A stretch of 64,000 nt of DNA from Patescibacteria group bacterium. GTDB lineage: Bacteria > Patescibacteriota > Microgenomatia > JAMCZE01. Location: assembly GCA_023485845.1 (NCBI GenBank), contig JAMCZE010000010.1, positions 156,046-220,045 on the forward strand, in the 5' to 3' direction. The notes beneath the pieces are model-generated. The model had not been told where the DNA came from. It saw only the letters and a list, made by a program, of their open reading frames with translations, and ran no database searches. The translations under genes and the position numbers were made by a program. Below, piece after piece: positions 1-8,960 of the stretch. Each line of letters begins with the position of its first letter. Within the stretch, counting starts at the first letter, position 1.

Positions 1-468
1 GCTGGGAAGAGTGGGATCTCGGCGGAATTTCAAGTTCACTAGATTATCTTTTCCATCAAAGATTGGCGTTACGATATTCTTACCGTCCCAACCGATTAAA
101 AATTTTTTTATTGTGTCATCAGTATACCCACGTTTTTTATGTAGCCAATCCAAAATATCTTTATGATTCCAAAGGTCGTTGTGATACCGGAGAATATCTT
201 CCTTGTCTAACGGTGGGAGTTCATATTCCTCTTTTTCTGTTAAACTCTTGAATTGAATGTCTCCGTCGGGTAATGAGAGTTCTTTTTGAAGTGTAGGAAA
301 CACACCCCCCTCACCGCAGTGGAAACAGTGCCAAAGTCCAGAAGCTGAGTTAATGTAGCATTTTTGTTTGGGGTTTTTGCAAAAAGGGCAAACTATCCGA
401 ACTTCCTTACCTTCGGAAGTAGAAATAAAAAGAATGTTTTGCCGTGTAAGATATTCTGAAAATGTCAT
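1..468 (-). CDS. DNA primase, N-terminal part (zf-CHC2 zinc finger); gene runs off the window start
   Basis: My own translation of the minus strand gives an open frame from ATG at 468 to position 1: MTFSEYLTRQNILFISTSEGKEVRIVCPFCKNPKQKCYINSASGLWHCFHCGEGGVF...RGYTDDTIKKFLIGW... The CPFC...CFHCGEGG pattern is the CHC2 zinc ribbon of DnaG-type primases. The ORF track omits it because there is no stop inside the window. Confidence 0.6.
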   Translation of the reverse strand, partial: MTFSEYLTRQNILFISTSEGKEVRIVCPFCKNPKQKCYINSASGLWHCFHCGEGGVFPTLQKELSLPDGDIQFKSLTEKEEYELPPLDKEDILRYHNDLWNHKDILDWLHKKRGYTDDTIKKFLIGWDGKNIVTPIFDGKDNLVNLKFRRDPTLPS

Positions 469-659
469 TTTTTCCTCACTTCCCCTTCCATTTGCAATTT
501 GTTTTTCCAACATCTCGGGGCAGCTTCCGAATAAATCAAGCGAAAAAGTTTAAGCATCGCAATAGCCTTCACTTCCGCTTCCGCATCAGAAAGATGTTCA
601 CCGAATTGCGTGACATAAATTTCTTTGAAACTGGAAATTGCTTCTGCCGATAAAGTCAT
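465..659 (-). CDS. hypothetical 64-aa protein, translationally coupled to the primase
   Basis: ORF present. Its stop overlaps the primase start as ATGA (465-468). No recognisable domain. Confidence 0.4.
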   Translation of the reverse strand: MTLSAEAISSFKEIYVTQFGEHLSDAEAEVKAIAMLKLFRLIYSEAAPRCWKNKLQMEGEVRKK

Positions 660-937
660 GTTTTGTCATTTGAAATTTGATAAAGTTTGTCTTTTAGTGT
701 TTTGGTTGCCATCTCGAATTCACGAGCGTCAACCATCACTTCCGGAGAATTTTTTTCTGCAAAATTAAACGACTGCACCAAGCTTTTTCTTTCCAATGTA
801 TCCAAAAACACAAACTGTGATCTTTGGGGAATTGCCCGATCAATGTCAACCAATCGAAGACCCTTTACATACAAGAAAATCGCACAGTAGAAGTTCGAGG
901 TAGCAAAATGTTCATTGCCATACGAATTTTTATCCAT
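656..937 (-). CDS. hypothetical 93-aa protein
   Basis: ORF present. It overlaps the next ORF by ATGA (656-659). No recognisable domain. Confidence 0.4.
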   Translation of the reverse strand: MDKNSYGNEHFATSNFYCAIFLYVKGLRLVDIDRAIPQRSQFVFLDTLERKSLVQSFNFAEKNSPEVMVDAREFEMATKTLKDKLYQISNDKT

Positions 938-996
938 ATGGCAATCGTAAAAAATATTAAGTTACTTGCATATTGTAGACTTAGCGGCCCCAAAAC

Positions 997-1497
997 CTAC
1001 ACCCCCTTCAAGAAATCACGATATTGCTTAATAGCTCTTATTATTGCCCCCTCTGTAACATTCTTTTCCAACTTATATATGGCTTTATAACTCACCCCGT
1101 TCATATGTTGCCGGTACCACTTTCTATCTCGTTGCAAATTCGACACGGTGTCTGGGAGTTTTCTATACGGTTCGTCGTTAAATACCGCGACTAGTTTATC
1201 GTCATTAGCAACTGCGATTGTTTTAAAGTAATACTTCCGCATAAAATTGAAGGTTTCCATCACCTCACTTGGGGAAGACTCCTTGTTCACTTGAATAGTT
1301 GCAACTTCGTTACCTTCGTCCATTTCATCCCGTAATTCTTTAACTGTTTTGCTATCTAAAATAAGCATTTGAGTTGCCAAAAAATCATCCGATTGAACGC
1401 GTCCATTCAAGATAGAGGCCAAAATAACAGGCAGGTAGAGTCTATGCTTTTTATGTTTTTTTTGTAAAACCTCGGCGAAAACGAGAGCCGCAGCCAA
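997..1497 (-). CDS. hypothetical protein (166 aa)
   Basis: ORF present. Acidic central region and a helical C-terminus. No motif recognised. Confidence 0.35.
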   Translation of the reverse strand: MAAALVFAEVLQKKHKKHRLYLPVILASILNGRVQSDDFLATQMLILDSKTVKELRDEMDEGNEVATIQVNKESSPSEVMETFNFMRKYYFKTIAVANDDKLVAVFNDEPYRKLPDTVSNLQRDRKWYRQHMNGVSYKAIYKLEKNVTEGAIIRAIKQYRDFLKGV

Positions 1498-1554
1498 AGG
1501 CTTATCGAGTTGACTAAGATAGATATGTTTTTCATCACAAACCCCTCGAAGTAA

Positions 1555-2099
1555 GTGACACTCCTCGCAGCAAGCTGCGAGGCATCTGCATTGCTAAAAT
1601 AGCCTGAGTTGGTCTTTTGATATTTGGACATAGTCTTTTGGTCTTCCTTGGTTTCTGATGTACTTTTGGATGACTGTCTCAGAATTGCTTCGTCCTACTG
1701 AATTTACGAAATACCCGTCAGTCCAAAACTGGGCTCCCCAAAGGCTTTCCCTCAACCCGGCAACTCGTTTGAGAAGTTCCCGGGCCAGGATACTTTTGAC
1801 CGTTCTGGCAATTTTGGTAGGAGAATATGTAGGCACTGACTGGATCAAAAAATGGACATGATCACCGTCGGCCCCAATCTCCACAAAATGCATCTCGTAC
1901 CTTTGGGAAATTTCCTGACAGATCTGTTTTAGTTGGGCATCCACCTCTGTCGAGATCACGAGTTGCCTTCCCTTGGCCACACAAACCAGATGGTACAAAA
2001 GCACCGAGACATTGTGCGCTTTGTGTATGTAGATACTCACGCATACAATTTTACCCTCTCGCGGCAAAGCCGCGGGGAATGAACCCTAAAAGAGATTCA
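1555..2099 (-). mobile_element. IS200/IS605-family insertion sequence, copy 1 (545 bp)
   Basis: Identical at every position to the 545-bp blocks at 17333-17877 and 18381-18925. It has subterminal hairpins (ctcgcagcaagctgcgag at one end, ccgcggcaaagccgcgg at the other) and no terminal inverted repeats, as expected for IS200. Confidence 0.85.
1594..2067 (-). CDS. tnpA: IS200-like Y1 (HUH) transposase TnpA
   Basis: 157 aa. HUH motif DHVHFLI and a downstream catalytic Tyr region (SVPTYSPTKIARTVKS). Typical IS200 TnpA size. Confidence 0.9.
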   Translation of the reverse strand: MPREGKIVCVSIYIHKAHNVSVLLYHLVCVAKGRQLVISTEVDAQLKQICQEISQRYEMHFVEIGADGDHVHFLIQSVPTYSPTKIARTVKSILARELLKRVAGLRESLWGAQFWTDGYFVNSVGRSNSETVIQKYIRNQGRPKDYVQISKDQLRLF

Positions 2100-2329
2100 A
2101 CTGTACCAAAAATGTTTAAATGTCCATTTTTATAAAAATTAACAACATTGTTCGCTTCACCATAAGTAAACTTGGGAAATAAATATGGTACAGACGTAAT
2201 CCCCGCCTTTCTCCTAACATCTGCAATATCAATTAAGAAACTTTCCTGGTCTACAAGGCGAGCAACCAAGCGAGCTTTATTTTCATCATCCCTGATGTCA
2301 ATATAAATTAACTGGGTGCACATATTCAT
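2051..2329 (-). pseudogene. 5' portion of a gene interrupted by IS200 copy 1; only 2100-2329 is native sequence
   Basis: The ORF reads from native DNA into the IS end at 2099. The final 16 codons are IS-derived. The native part has a vague thioredoxin-fold flavour (VNFYKNGH) but no CXXC motif. Confidence 0.35.
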
Positions 2330-2355
2330 CTTTATTTATATTTTTAAATTATCTT

Positions 2356-2724
2356 TTAAACATTCATTTCTAACATGCCCTTGAACCTCTGCTTCCGGTA
2401 TTTCAGGTTCAGGCACTTTCGACAACCAATTAAACTATTTACTATGTGCCGGTATATTACTCCCACTCGACGGGAGCACCTAGGACATATGAACCAAAAT
2501 CTCTCGCCGTCAAATTTGGTCTTTGAGGTTGTTAGCTTAATTTGAACCCCTAAGACATCCGTGTTTGCTGTTAAAAACAGCTTCTTAAACTCCTTATTTG
2601 CCAGTCTTGTCAACTCGTCAACTGACAATTTTTCGGATAACTCAACGAGCTGTAAAGTTCCTAAATCGTATGGGCTTATTAAATTATTCATGGTTATTTG
2701 CTTGTACAATCTGGTTTTGTCCAA
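2356..2724 (-). CDS. zinc-ribbon protein (CPRC...CRKC), function unknown
   Basis: 122-aa ORF with four Cys in two CxxC pairs near the C-terminus. Confidence 0.4.
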   Translation of the reverse strand: MDKTRLYKQITMNNLISPYDLGTLQLVELSEKLSVDELTRLANKEFKKLFLTANTDVLGVQIKLTTSKTKFDGERFWFICPRCSRRVGVIYRHIVNSLIGCRKCLNLKYRKQRFKGMLEMNV

Positions 2725-3301
2725 CTACCGCTGTCTCCGTCTTGATATTGACCTGCATAGTTGGCTGTCGCATAGTTTTTAGGGCCTGCATGGATGCTAG
2801 AAAGTGCCTATTTGCCCTGTCTAGTTCTTGGCCTAATACCTCTAAAAATCTTATATCTATCTTTGAAAGCCCTTCCTCCCTCGATAAGATACTATTTATT
2901 CTTTGTTGAGTTTGCATTGCCCTAACGAGATTTATTGCTGCTATTTCAGCGAGGGCGTTCTCACTTGGGGTTTTACAATCAAATTCGGCTCGGAGCTTTT
3001 GAAAGTAATCAAGCGCGAAGGTTCGAAAGAGATCAGAAACGGAGTTCCCTAACAATAGTCCCCTATCAAATTCAAAGACCGTCAGTGCTTTATAGAAATT
3101 ACTTTCTGGTTTTAATGGCCCAGCTTTTTGACCAATCTCCTTAATTCCTTCTTGTAGGACATGTTTTGGGTCGATGCTCAATTCAAGTTCTAGAAGGGAT
3201 TTTCTAATTTCATCAAATGTTTTTACTGGCACAACTGCTTTTTTCTTCATACCGCATTGTAATGCCCCGTTATATGTTATTGTCAAGTTAATTGAAACCA
3301 A
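2684..3301 (-). CDS. hypothetical protein (about 190-205 aa)
   Basis: ORF present. The start may be the internal Met (MKKKAVV...). No motif recognised. Confidence 0.4.
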   Translation of the reverse strand: MVSINLTITYNGALQCGMKKKAVVPVKTFDEIRKSLLELELSIDPKHVLQEGIKEIGQKAGPLKPESNFYKALTVFEFDRGLLLGNSVSDLFRTFALDYFQKLRAEFDCKTPSENALAEIAAINLVRAMQTQQRINSILSREEGLSKIDIRFLEVLGQELDRANRHFLASMQALKTMRQPTMQVNIKTETAVVGQNQIVQANNHE

Positions 3302-3319
3302 GGAAGTAACCAGAAAGCT

Positions 3320-3535
3320 TTAGTCGAATAGCTCAGAAAGTTTTATTCCTAAAACACGGGAGATTTTATCGGCGGTTTTAATTGATGGTACGCGCTGACC
3401 TTGTTCAATAAATCCGACGTAAGTAGAAGAAACGCCGATTCTTTCGGCTAATTCCTCTTGTGTAAGTTCAGCTTTCTTTCTGGCTTTTTGAATTTTTTGT
3501 CCAACATTTTTTAGTTGCCTAGTATTCACTCTCAT
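3320..3535 (-). CDS. XRE-family helix-turn-helix transcriptional regulator
   Basis: 71 aa. The segment LTQEELAERIGVSSTYVGFIEQGQRVPSIKTADKISRVLGIKLSELF is a Cro/C1-type HTH. Confidence 0.8.
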   Translation of the reverse strand: MRVNTRQLKNVGQKIQKARKKAELTQEELAERIGVSSTYVGFIEQGQRVPSIKTADKISRVLGIKLSELFD

Positions 3536-3638
3536 GACGCTATTATTACTAGCGTAGAGAGTATCTGCCTCAAACTATTTGTTAGGCTTTGTGCTAATAT
3601 CGAATAGAGAAGATTGTCTAACTATATGTTTGGGCAAT

Positions 3639-4229
3639 ATGAAAAAGATTGAAGATTTAAACAAAGGAGATCTTATTAAGGCAGACTTATATTCAAGGCC
3701 AAATTACATGGTCGGTAACTATAAAAATGGTCAAATCGTAGGACTAAATAATTTAGAAGAGGTTAAGAGTAGTGACGTTTTCTTTTTGGAAACATTAAAA
3801 GTAAGAGCTGATTCCGCTGATAAAATTTTCGCCGAGGCTGAAGCCCAAGGTAAAGATTTAAGTGATCCAAATGTATTGAAAAAATTAGGTGAAGAAATTA
3901 ACAATTTAGGAACTCCAGTTCATCAAAGTCAGTCGATAATGACGGCAGTTTTTGTTTCGTTACGATTGATGGCGTATTACGGAATTGCTATAGGGATTTG
4001 GGGACTAGTCCTTAAAAAGGGCTTCTTCGTATTTGTTTTTTATGGGGTTGTTGCGGGGTTTTTAATCAGTTTATTATCTGTCGCACCCGTAGTTGCTTTT
4101 CAGAGGACAAGGGAACGTATCAGGAATATGGTATTTGGCGCAGGTTTACTGTGGGGAAATTTAGGAATAGTTATTGGCGTTGGGGGTTTAATTGCGCTAA
4201 TCATTAGGATAATCTTTTTAGGTAAGTGA
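3639..4229 (+). CDS. membrane protein: soluble N-terminal domain plus 3-4 C-terminal transmembrane helices
   Basis: ORF 3579-4229; the likely start is MKKIEDL at 3639. Hydrophobic helices after about residue 110. Its stop overlaps the next gene by ATGA (4226-4229). Confidence 0.5.
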   Translation: MKKIEDLNKGDLIKADLYSRPNYMVGNYKNGQIVGLNNLEEVKSSDVFFLETLKVRADSADKIFAEAEAQGKDLSDPNVLKKLGEEINNLGTPVHQSQSIMTAVFVSLRLMAYYGIAIGIWGLVLKKGFFVFVFYGVVAGFLISLLSVAPVVAFQRTRERIRNMVFGAGLLWGNLGIVIGVGGLIALIIRIIFLGK

Positions 4230-4759
4230 TAAGTCCCAAATTGTTCCGTCTAATTAAATCCCAATATGATCTACCCATTAACTCTTTACATGGTTTACCT
4301 CACTGGAAGCATGTAGAAGCCCTTGGAAGGCGTCTAGCAACCTCGACCAAAGCTGATCTGCGTGTAATTACCCTTTTCGCGTATCTCCATGATTCTTGTC
4401 GTAAAAATGATGATTTTGATCCCGAGCATGGAGTCCGTGCAGTAAAATTTGTTAAAGAGTTGTTTGAAGCTAAAATGCTTAATATCACCACAAAACAACT
4501 TGAGACTTTAGTCTTTGCATGCCAGTTCCATAATCAAAAACAAATTAAGCCAAAGAATATAACTGTGGCGACTTGTTGGGATGCTGATAAATTGGATCTA
4601 GAAAGAATGGGAACTACTCCAGACTCCAATTATCTTTTTACAGAAGTGGCTAAGAAATATAACGCTGCTGGTCCAGGGGCTTCTCTGGCTATCCGAGAAC
4701 TAGCAGGATTTCTTTTGAGTAAATACAATCTTCTAACCCAAACTGGGAAAGAAATATAG
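4226..4759 (+). CDS. HD-domain metal-dependent phosphohydrolase (small, 177 aa)
   Basis: H...H (GLPHWKHV), HD (AYLHDS), H (CQFHNQ) and D (CWDADKLD) in the spacing expected for an HD domain. Confidence 0.55.
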   Translation: MISPKLFRLIKSQYDLPINSLHGLPHWKHVEALGRRLATSTKADLRVITLFAYLHDSCRKNDDFDPEHGVRAVKFVKELFEAKMLNITTKQLETLVFACQFHNQKQIKPKNITVATCWDADKLDLERMGTTPDSNYLFTEVAKKYNAAGPGASLAIRELAGFLLSKYNLLTQTGKEI

Positions 4760-4789
4760 TTGAAAAACTAAGAAGCGTTATGGCACCAG

Positions 4790-5803
4790 TTAGTTAACCG
4801 GGTGGGGATTTGCGAGACTTAATAACTGAGTAGCAATTATTTGGGCAATGATTGGATGACTTAATAGCTTACTGTTGATATCTCCCGGAATCTTCTTAAT
4901 TTTATCCCAAAGATCTCTAACTTTATTTTGTTCAGGTGTTGATTTTTGAATTTCAGTCTCAAGTTGAGAAACTAACTGAACCGCTTCTTCATTATTTTCG
5001 ATGTCCATCTTTCTAATTTCTTTCTTAACAGCATTAAACGCATCGCTAACCTGAGATTTAACAATGGTTGTGTTATTACTTCCATTGATTGTGGTAGCCA
5101 GAATATCTCCCCCAACATTTATTGTTTGTTGCTCAATTTGTAACGAAAAGAGTGAGTTAAATGTGGTCGGATTCTCATAAACATCAATTCCGTGTTTAGT
5201 TATTATTACTGCAACATAACCAATCGAACTTAAGTTAGCCTCAATAAAACCTCCCTCTTTTAGGTACTTTAGATTTCTTTCAATTTCAACGTCGGTAACA
5301 GGAATAGCTTTTTGCAGTCTGCCTTTTGTTACATAAGAATGGGGCGATTCCTGCCATTTCGCATAGCAAACTTTTATAATTTCCCTCCTTATTTGGGTAT
5401 TTGTTGGCATACTACTGGCAAAAATAACCTCTCGGGCAGTTGCCTCCATTGTCATAGCGGCTTGAAAGTAAATGACTCCTTCTTGTTTTTGGATACTGTC
5501 ATTACAGTGAAACACTATTTGTTTTCTTTCAGAGTCAGAAGGGTTGATTAAAGCCGGCAAAACTTGCCAAACAAAATCAGTTAGCTCGTCTTCGGATATT
5601 TTTCTACCAACACTTGCGGTCCACTGATTGATAACTCTATCGGTGACAGAAATAGAGATACCTTTTGCATTTTTATTTCCATCGATGTTGTATCTTAAAC
5701 CGACACCATAAATTATGTTAAGCGGCCCCTGAAAGCCTTTGCCCATTAACTGGATGGTATATTCGTGTTCATCGATATTTAGTGTCCTTTTGTCTTCGTT
5801 CAT
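4790..5803 (-). CDS. hypothetical protein (337 aa), co-transcribed downstream of the membrane trypsin-like protease
   Basis: ORF present. The upstream protease stop (5805) is 2 nt from this start (5803). No recognisable domain. Confidence 0.5.
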   Translation of the reverse strand: MNEDKRTLNIDEHEYTIQLMGKGFQGPLNIIYGVGLRYNIDGNKNAKGISISVTDRVINQWTASVGRKISEDELTDFVWQVLPALINPSDSERKQIVFHCNDSIQKQEGVIYFQAAMTMEATAREVIFASSMPTNTQIRREIIKVCYAKWQESPHSYVTKGRLQKAIPVTDVEIERNLKYLKEGGFIEANLSSIGYVAVIITKHGIDVYENPTTFNSLFSLQIEQQTINVGGDILATTINGSNNTTIVKSQVSDAFNAVKKEIRKMDIENNEEAVQLVSQLETEIQKSTPEQNKVRDLWDKIKKIPGDINSKLLSHPIIAQIIATQLLSLANPHPVN

Positions 5804-5804
5804 T

Positions 5805-7103
5805 TCAATAAATATTATTCAACCTCTGGGCGATACTGCCAGATTCATAACTCATCTTAACTACAGCATCCCACATAATAAGATCGTCCTGGGTCGCATT
5901 CTTTCCTGAGCCTAGCCGATTGACCAAAGTTTGACAAAAGATAATTTGCCGGTCGAAAGAATCCAGTAACTTGTTAATATCATCACTGGGATACTTATCT
6001 CTGTGTTTGAGCCAACTGTCTCGCCAACCATATAAATTATTAAGATAAGTTTGTATCTCTCCCAAGTTAAGAGTTGGGCTGTTGGAAGGAACGTTGGGAC
6101 TATTTGTATAAGTAGTGGTTTTTGCTACACCTGGGATTGCTGTATTTTCACTACCTTCTTTTATTAATTTATCAACAAGTGGAGCAATAGTCTGGGAAGA
6201 AATAGCGTTTCCCAATCCCTCAAGTGGTCGGGGCAACTGTTCGTCGGTCCAAATTTCTTTTAAGGTATTGATTCCTACAACACCACATTCGTTAATCAGC
6301 GGCCCGCCAGAATTGCCGGGGTTGATCGCCGCGTCGGTTTGAACGAAATCCAAACCACCTTCGTAGCGATTCAGTCGAGAATAGATTCCCTTTGTAATCG
6401 TGGAATCACCAACCGCCGTATTTGGCCAGCCTACAGCATACAACTCTTCGGCTAAATTAAGTTTTGAGGAGTCAAACCAGTTAATAGTAAATCCTTCATT
6501 GGGAAGCTTTATGATGGCAATATCCATCGTTGGGGAGTAATTCCAAAGTTTAAGTTCTTTTCTTTCCCCGTTAAGCCAGGTGTAAAGCTTTTTGGCTCCC
6601 TCGACAACGTGTTTGTTGGTAACCGCAAATCCTTTGGCCGTCGAAAAAGCACTGCCATGACCGCCATCGTCTCTCTCGACAAGCATTGTGCTCGACTTTG
6701 CCAAAGCGATCGTTTTCTCACGGTTACAACCGTTTCGGTTTTCGATCATATTGTCACTTACCGTTACACTAGAAGACGGTTGATTATAGGAACCACTCTT
6801 GGAAATAATGACAACCAAAATCGTTCCCATGATCCAACAAGCGATAAAACCAACGGCTACCAACCTAAAAGTTTTTTTCCAAAAAGTAAAAAAGGTAACG
6901 ATCATTGTGGCAAAGGCATAAAGAAATACGATTCGAACCACATTAATCATTCCTGTTTGTGCCATTTCTGACTGGCTACCGCTAGCTTGATTAAGAAAAG
7001 GAAACATGGCTACGAAACTAACAATATTAAGAATTACAAAAAGAAGTCCACTAAGAGCAAGTTTGCCAAAAATCGAGCCAATTTTTTTGATTTTTCCTGT
7101 CAC
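5805..7103 (-). CDS. membrane-anchored trypsin-like (S1 family) serine protease
   Basis: About 4 N-terminal TM helices. The catalytic triad is in trypsin order: H in TNKHVVEG, D in MDIAIIKL, S in GNSGGPL. A DegP-like terminal helix (AISSQTIAPLVDKLIKEG) is followed by about 110 aa of unknown domain. Confidence 0.8.
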   Translation of the reverse strand: MTGKIKKIGSIFGKLALSGLLFVILNIVSFVAMFPFLNQASGSQSEMAQTGMINVVRIVFLYAFATMIVTFFTFWKKTFRLVAVGFIACWIMGTILVVIISKSGSYNQPSSSVTVSDNMIENRNGCNREKTIALAKSSTMLVERDDGGHGSAFSTAKGFAVTNKHVVEGAKKLYTWLNGERKELKLWNYSPTMDIAIIKLPNEGFTINWFDSSKLNLAEELYAVGWPNTAVGDSTITKGIYSRLNRYEGGLDFVQTDAAINPGNSGGPLINECGVVGINTLKEIWTDEQLPRPLEGLGNAISSQTIAPLVDKLIKEGSENTAIPGVAKTTTYTNSPNVPSNSPTLNLGEIQTYLNNLYGWRDSWLKHRDKYPSDDINKLLDSFDRQIIFCQTLVNRLGSGKNATQDDLIMWDAVVKMSYESGSIAQRLNNIY

Positions 7104-7140
7104 ACGTAAATTATAATCCAGTCAGCTTATAATAGAAATT

Positions 7141-7980
7141 ATGAAAAGATACCGATTATATAATTTTGATTTTGATTCCCGCGCTAGTGTTTTAAACCTC
7201 GAAATTAAAGAAGAGTGGAAAGAGGAGACTAAACGACTGCATCGAGAAAATAAAATTAAGATTGAAGAGATGTTTATTGAGGAATATGGAAAGTTAAACT
7301 GGGACCAGAAAGTTAAAAACATAAAAGACTTGGGGTCGAAACCAATTTCCATTGTCGCCTTCCATAATCGTTTTTTTAATCAGATACGGAGCAGTTTTAT
7401 TATTGGCTCTTACTACCCAGCGCTCACAGGAGCTTGTGCGTTGGGGGAACGCATATTGAACCACTTAATTTTTGCTTTGAAGGAAGACTTTAGAAACACG
7501 CCAGAGTATAAAAAGGTCTATAACATAGAATCTATTGATGATTGGGATGAGATGTTGGATATTCTGGAAAAATGGAAAATTCTCTTACCTGACGTCATAT
7601 CCAATTATCGTTTGCTAAAAAATATTAGGAATAAGAAGGCCATTCATTTTGATAAAGAAACCGACACCGAAGATAGAAAGTTGGCGCTTGAAGCAATTAA
7701 GCTTTTGGCAATGATTATCACTGGGCAATTCTCATATGCAGGATACCAGCCATGGTTTATTGAAAATACCAGAGGATCGTTTTACATAAAGAAAAACTGG
7801 GAAGACAAACCGTTCATTAAAAGAATTTATCTTCCAAATTGTCGCTTAGTTGGGCCATATCACAAACTAGGAACCAATTTTGAGGTAATTGACAATTATC
7901 CCTATACTGATAAAGAAATTACCGACGCAGAGTTTGTTAGATTGATGGAACAAGCCCGGCAAGGTATATTTTTAAAATAA
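7141..7980 (+). CDS. hypothetical protein with a possible HEPN-type Rx5H motif (Abi-like?)
   Basis: 279 aa. RNKKAIH fits the Rx4-6H HEPN motif. Size is similar to AbiD/AbiF-type proteins. Weak support only. Confidence 0.4.
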   Translation: MKRYRLYNFDFDSRASVLNLEIKEEWKEETKRLHRENKIKIEEMFIEEYGKLNWDQKVKNIKDLGSKPISIVAFHNRFFNQIRSSFIIGSYYPALTGACALGERILNHLIFALKEDFRNTPEYKKVYNIESIDDWDEMLDILEKWKILLPDVISNYRLLKNIRNKKAIHFDKETDTEDRKLALEAIKLLAMIITGQFSYAGYQPWFIENTRGSFYIKKNWEDKPFIKRIYLPNCRLVGPYHKLGTNFEVIDNYPYTDKEITDAEFVRLMEQARQGIFLK

Positions 7981-7984
7981 AAGT

Positions 7985-8518
7985 ATGGATAATACATACG
8001 AGGCTGTAAGGCGTGTATTAAATGCACTAAACATAGATCAAAGCCAAAGAGATCAAGCGGAGTTATATGGAAAAATACGAAGGAAAGAAATTTCTTTGGA
8101 TGAATTTTTTGTTGTGCAAAAGCGATTGGATTTATCGATGATTAGCAAATCTACACCGTTTTCATGGAAAGATCTACTAAGAGAAAACGTTGATACCTAT
8201 AATCACGAAAGACGACATGAGGCTGTCTGGTACAAATATGGTGTAAAGACAAATTTGTTTAATTGGAACATACACCCTGACGCGTATTTTGTAATGGATT
8301 TGGATTTTCCAGAGGTTACAAAAACAAATGGCTTTAATGTCGACAAAGTAATCTCAATCTACAAAGAAATGTTGTCAGCTTCTTTCAAAAATCAAAACCA
8401 AATTACAAACTCTTACCTGATGGATGTGTTTTTCTTCGAAGTTTTGGACAAATTAGATGATTTTCGAGCAAACAGTATTTACGAGGTTTTCAAAAAGTAT
8501 AATTGGCAATACCCATAA
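7985..8518 (+). CDS. hypothetical protein (177 aa)
   Basis: ORF 5 bp downstream of the previous gene. No motif recognised. Confidence 0.4.
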   Translation: MDNTYEAVRRVLNALNIDQSQRDQAELYGKIRRKEISLDEFFVVQKRLDLSMISKSTPFSWKDLLRENVDTYNHERRHEAVWYKYGVKTNLFNWNIHPDAYFVMDLDFPEVTKTNGFNVDKVISIYKEMLSASFKNQNQITNSYLMDVFFFEVLDKLDDFRANSIYEVFKKYNWQYP

Positions 8519-8564
8519 TAGTGAATTCTGCTGAATAAAAACTTGAACTTTGCTAAAATAAGAT

Positions 8565-8960
8565 ATGAGTTCAAACGTCGAGAATAGCCCGTTGAATGAT
8601 GTTTTTCAAAACGTTAATACTTGGCAAGATTTTGCTGATGCCCTTCCACCTAGTTTAATAGAAACTTTTGGGAATGATGAGCAATTTTTTCTAACAATGC
8701 GACTTCTAGATGTTAATACCCCATCAAACACTCCTATAACCCATGATGCTTTTAAAGCACTTGTGGCAGTCAAAAGAAGTGATAAGGGATTTGTTCCGTT
8801 ACCCGGAGATGAAGCGGACCAGTTATTAGACAGTTCGTTAAAATCTGGCCTATTGCTACCAATGACTACAGAAGGCCCTCTTGGGTCTCGTTTTGCCCCC
8901 AATCCCCTGTTCAAGGAGGCAATCGCACGATTTGATAAGAACGAGCCAAAAGCTGAGTAG
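8565..8960 (+). CDS. hypothetical protein (131 aa)
   Basis: ORF present. No motif recognised. Confidence 0.35.
   Translation: MSSNVENSPLNDVFQNVNTWQDFADALPPSLIETFGNDEQFFLTMRLLDVNTPSNTPITHDAFKALVAVKRSDKGFVPLPGDEADQLLDSSLKSGLLLPMTTEGPLGSRFAPNPLFKEAIARFDKNEPKAE

Noticed and set aside
2100-2329. IS-interrupted ORF called thioredoxin
   Set aside because: A FYKNGH-like stretch resembles a thioredoxin C-terminus, but there is no CXXC active site. It is annotated only as an interrupted gene.
4790-5803. The 337-aa protein called a bacterial gasdermin
   Set aside because: The genomic context (adjacent protease) is suggestive only. There is no N-terminal Cys and no sequence feature I can tie to the gasdermin fold. 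It is left as a hypothesis in the findings.
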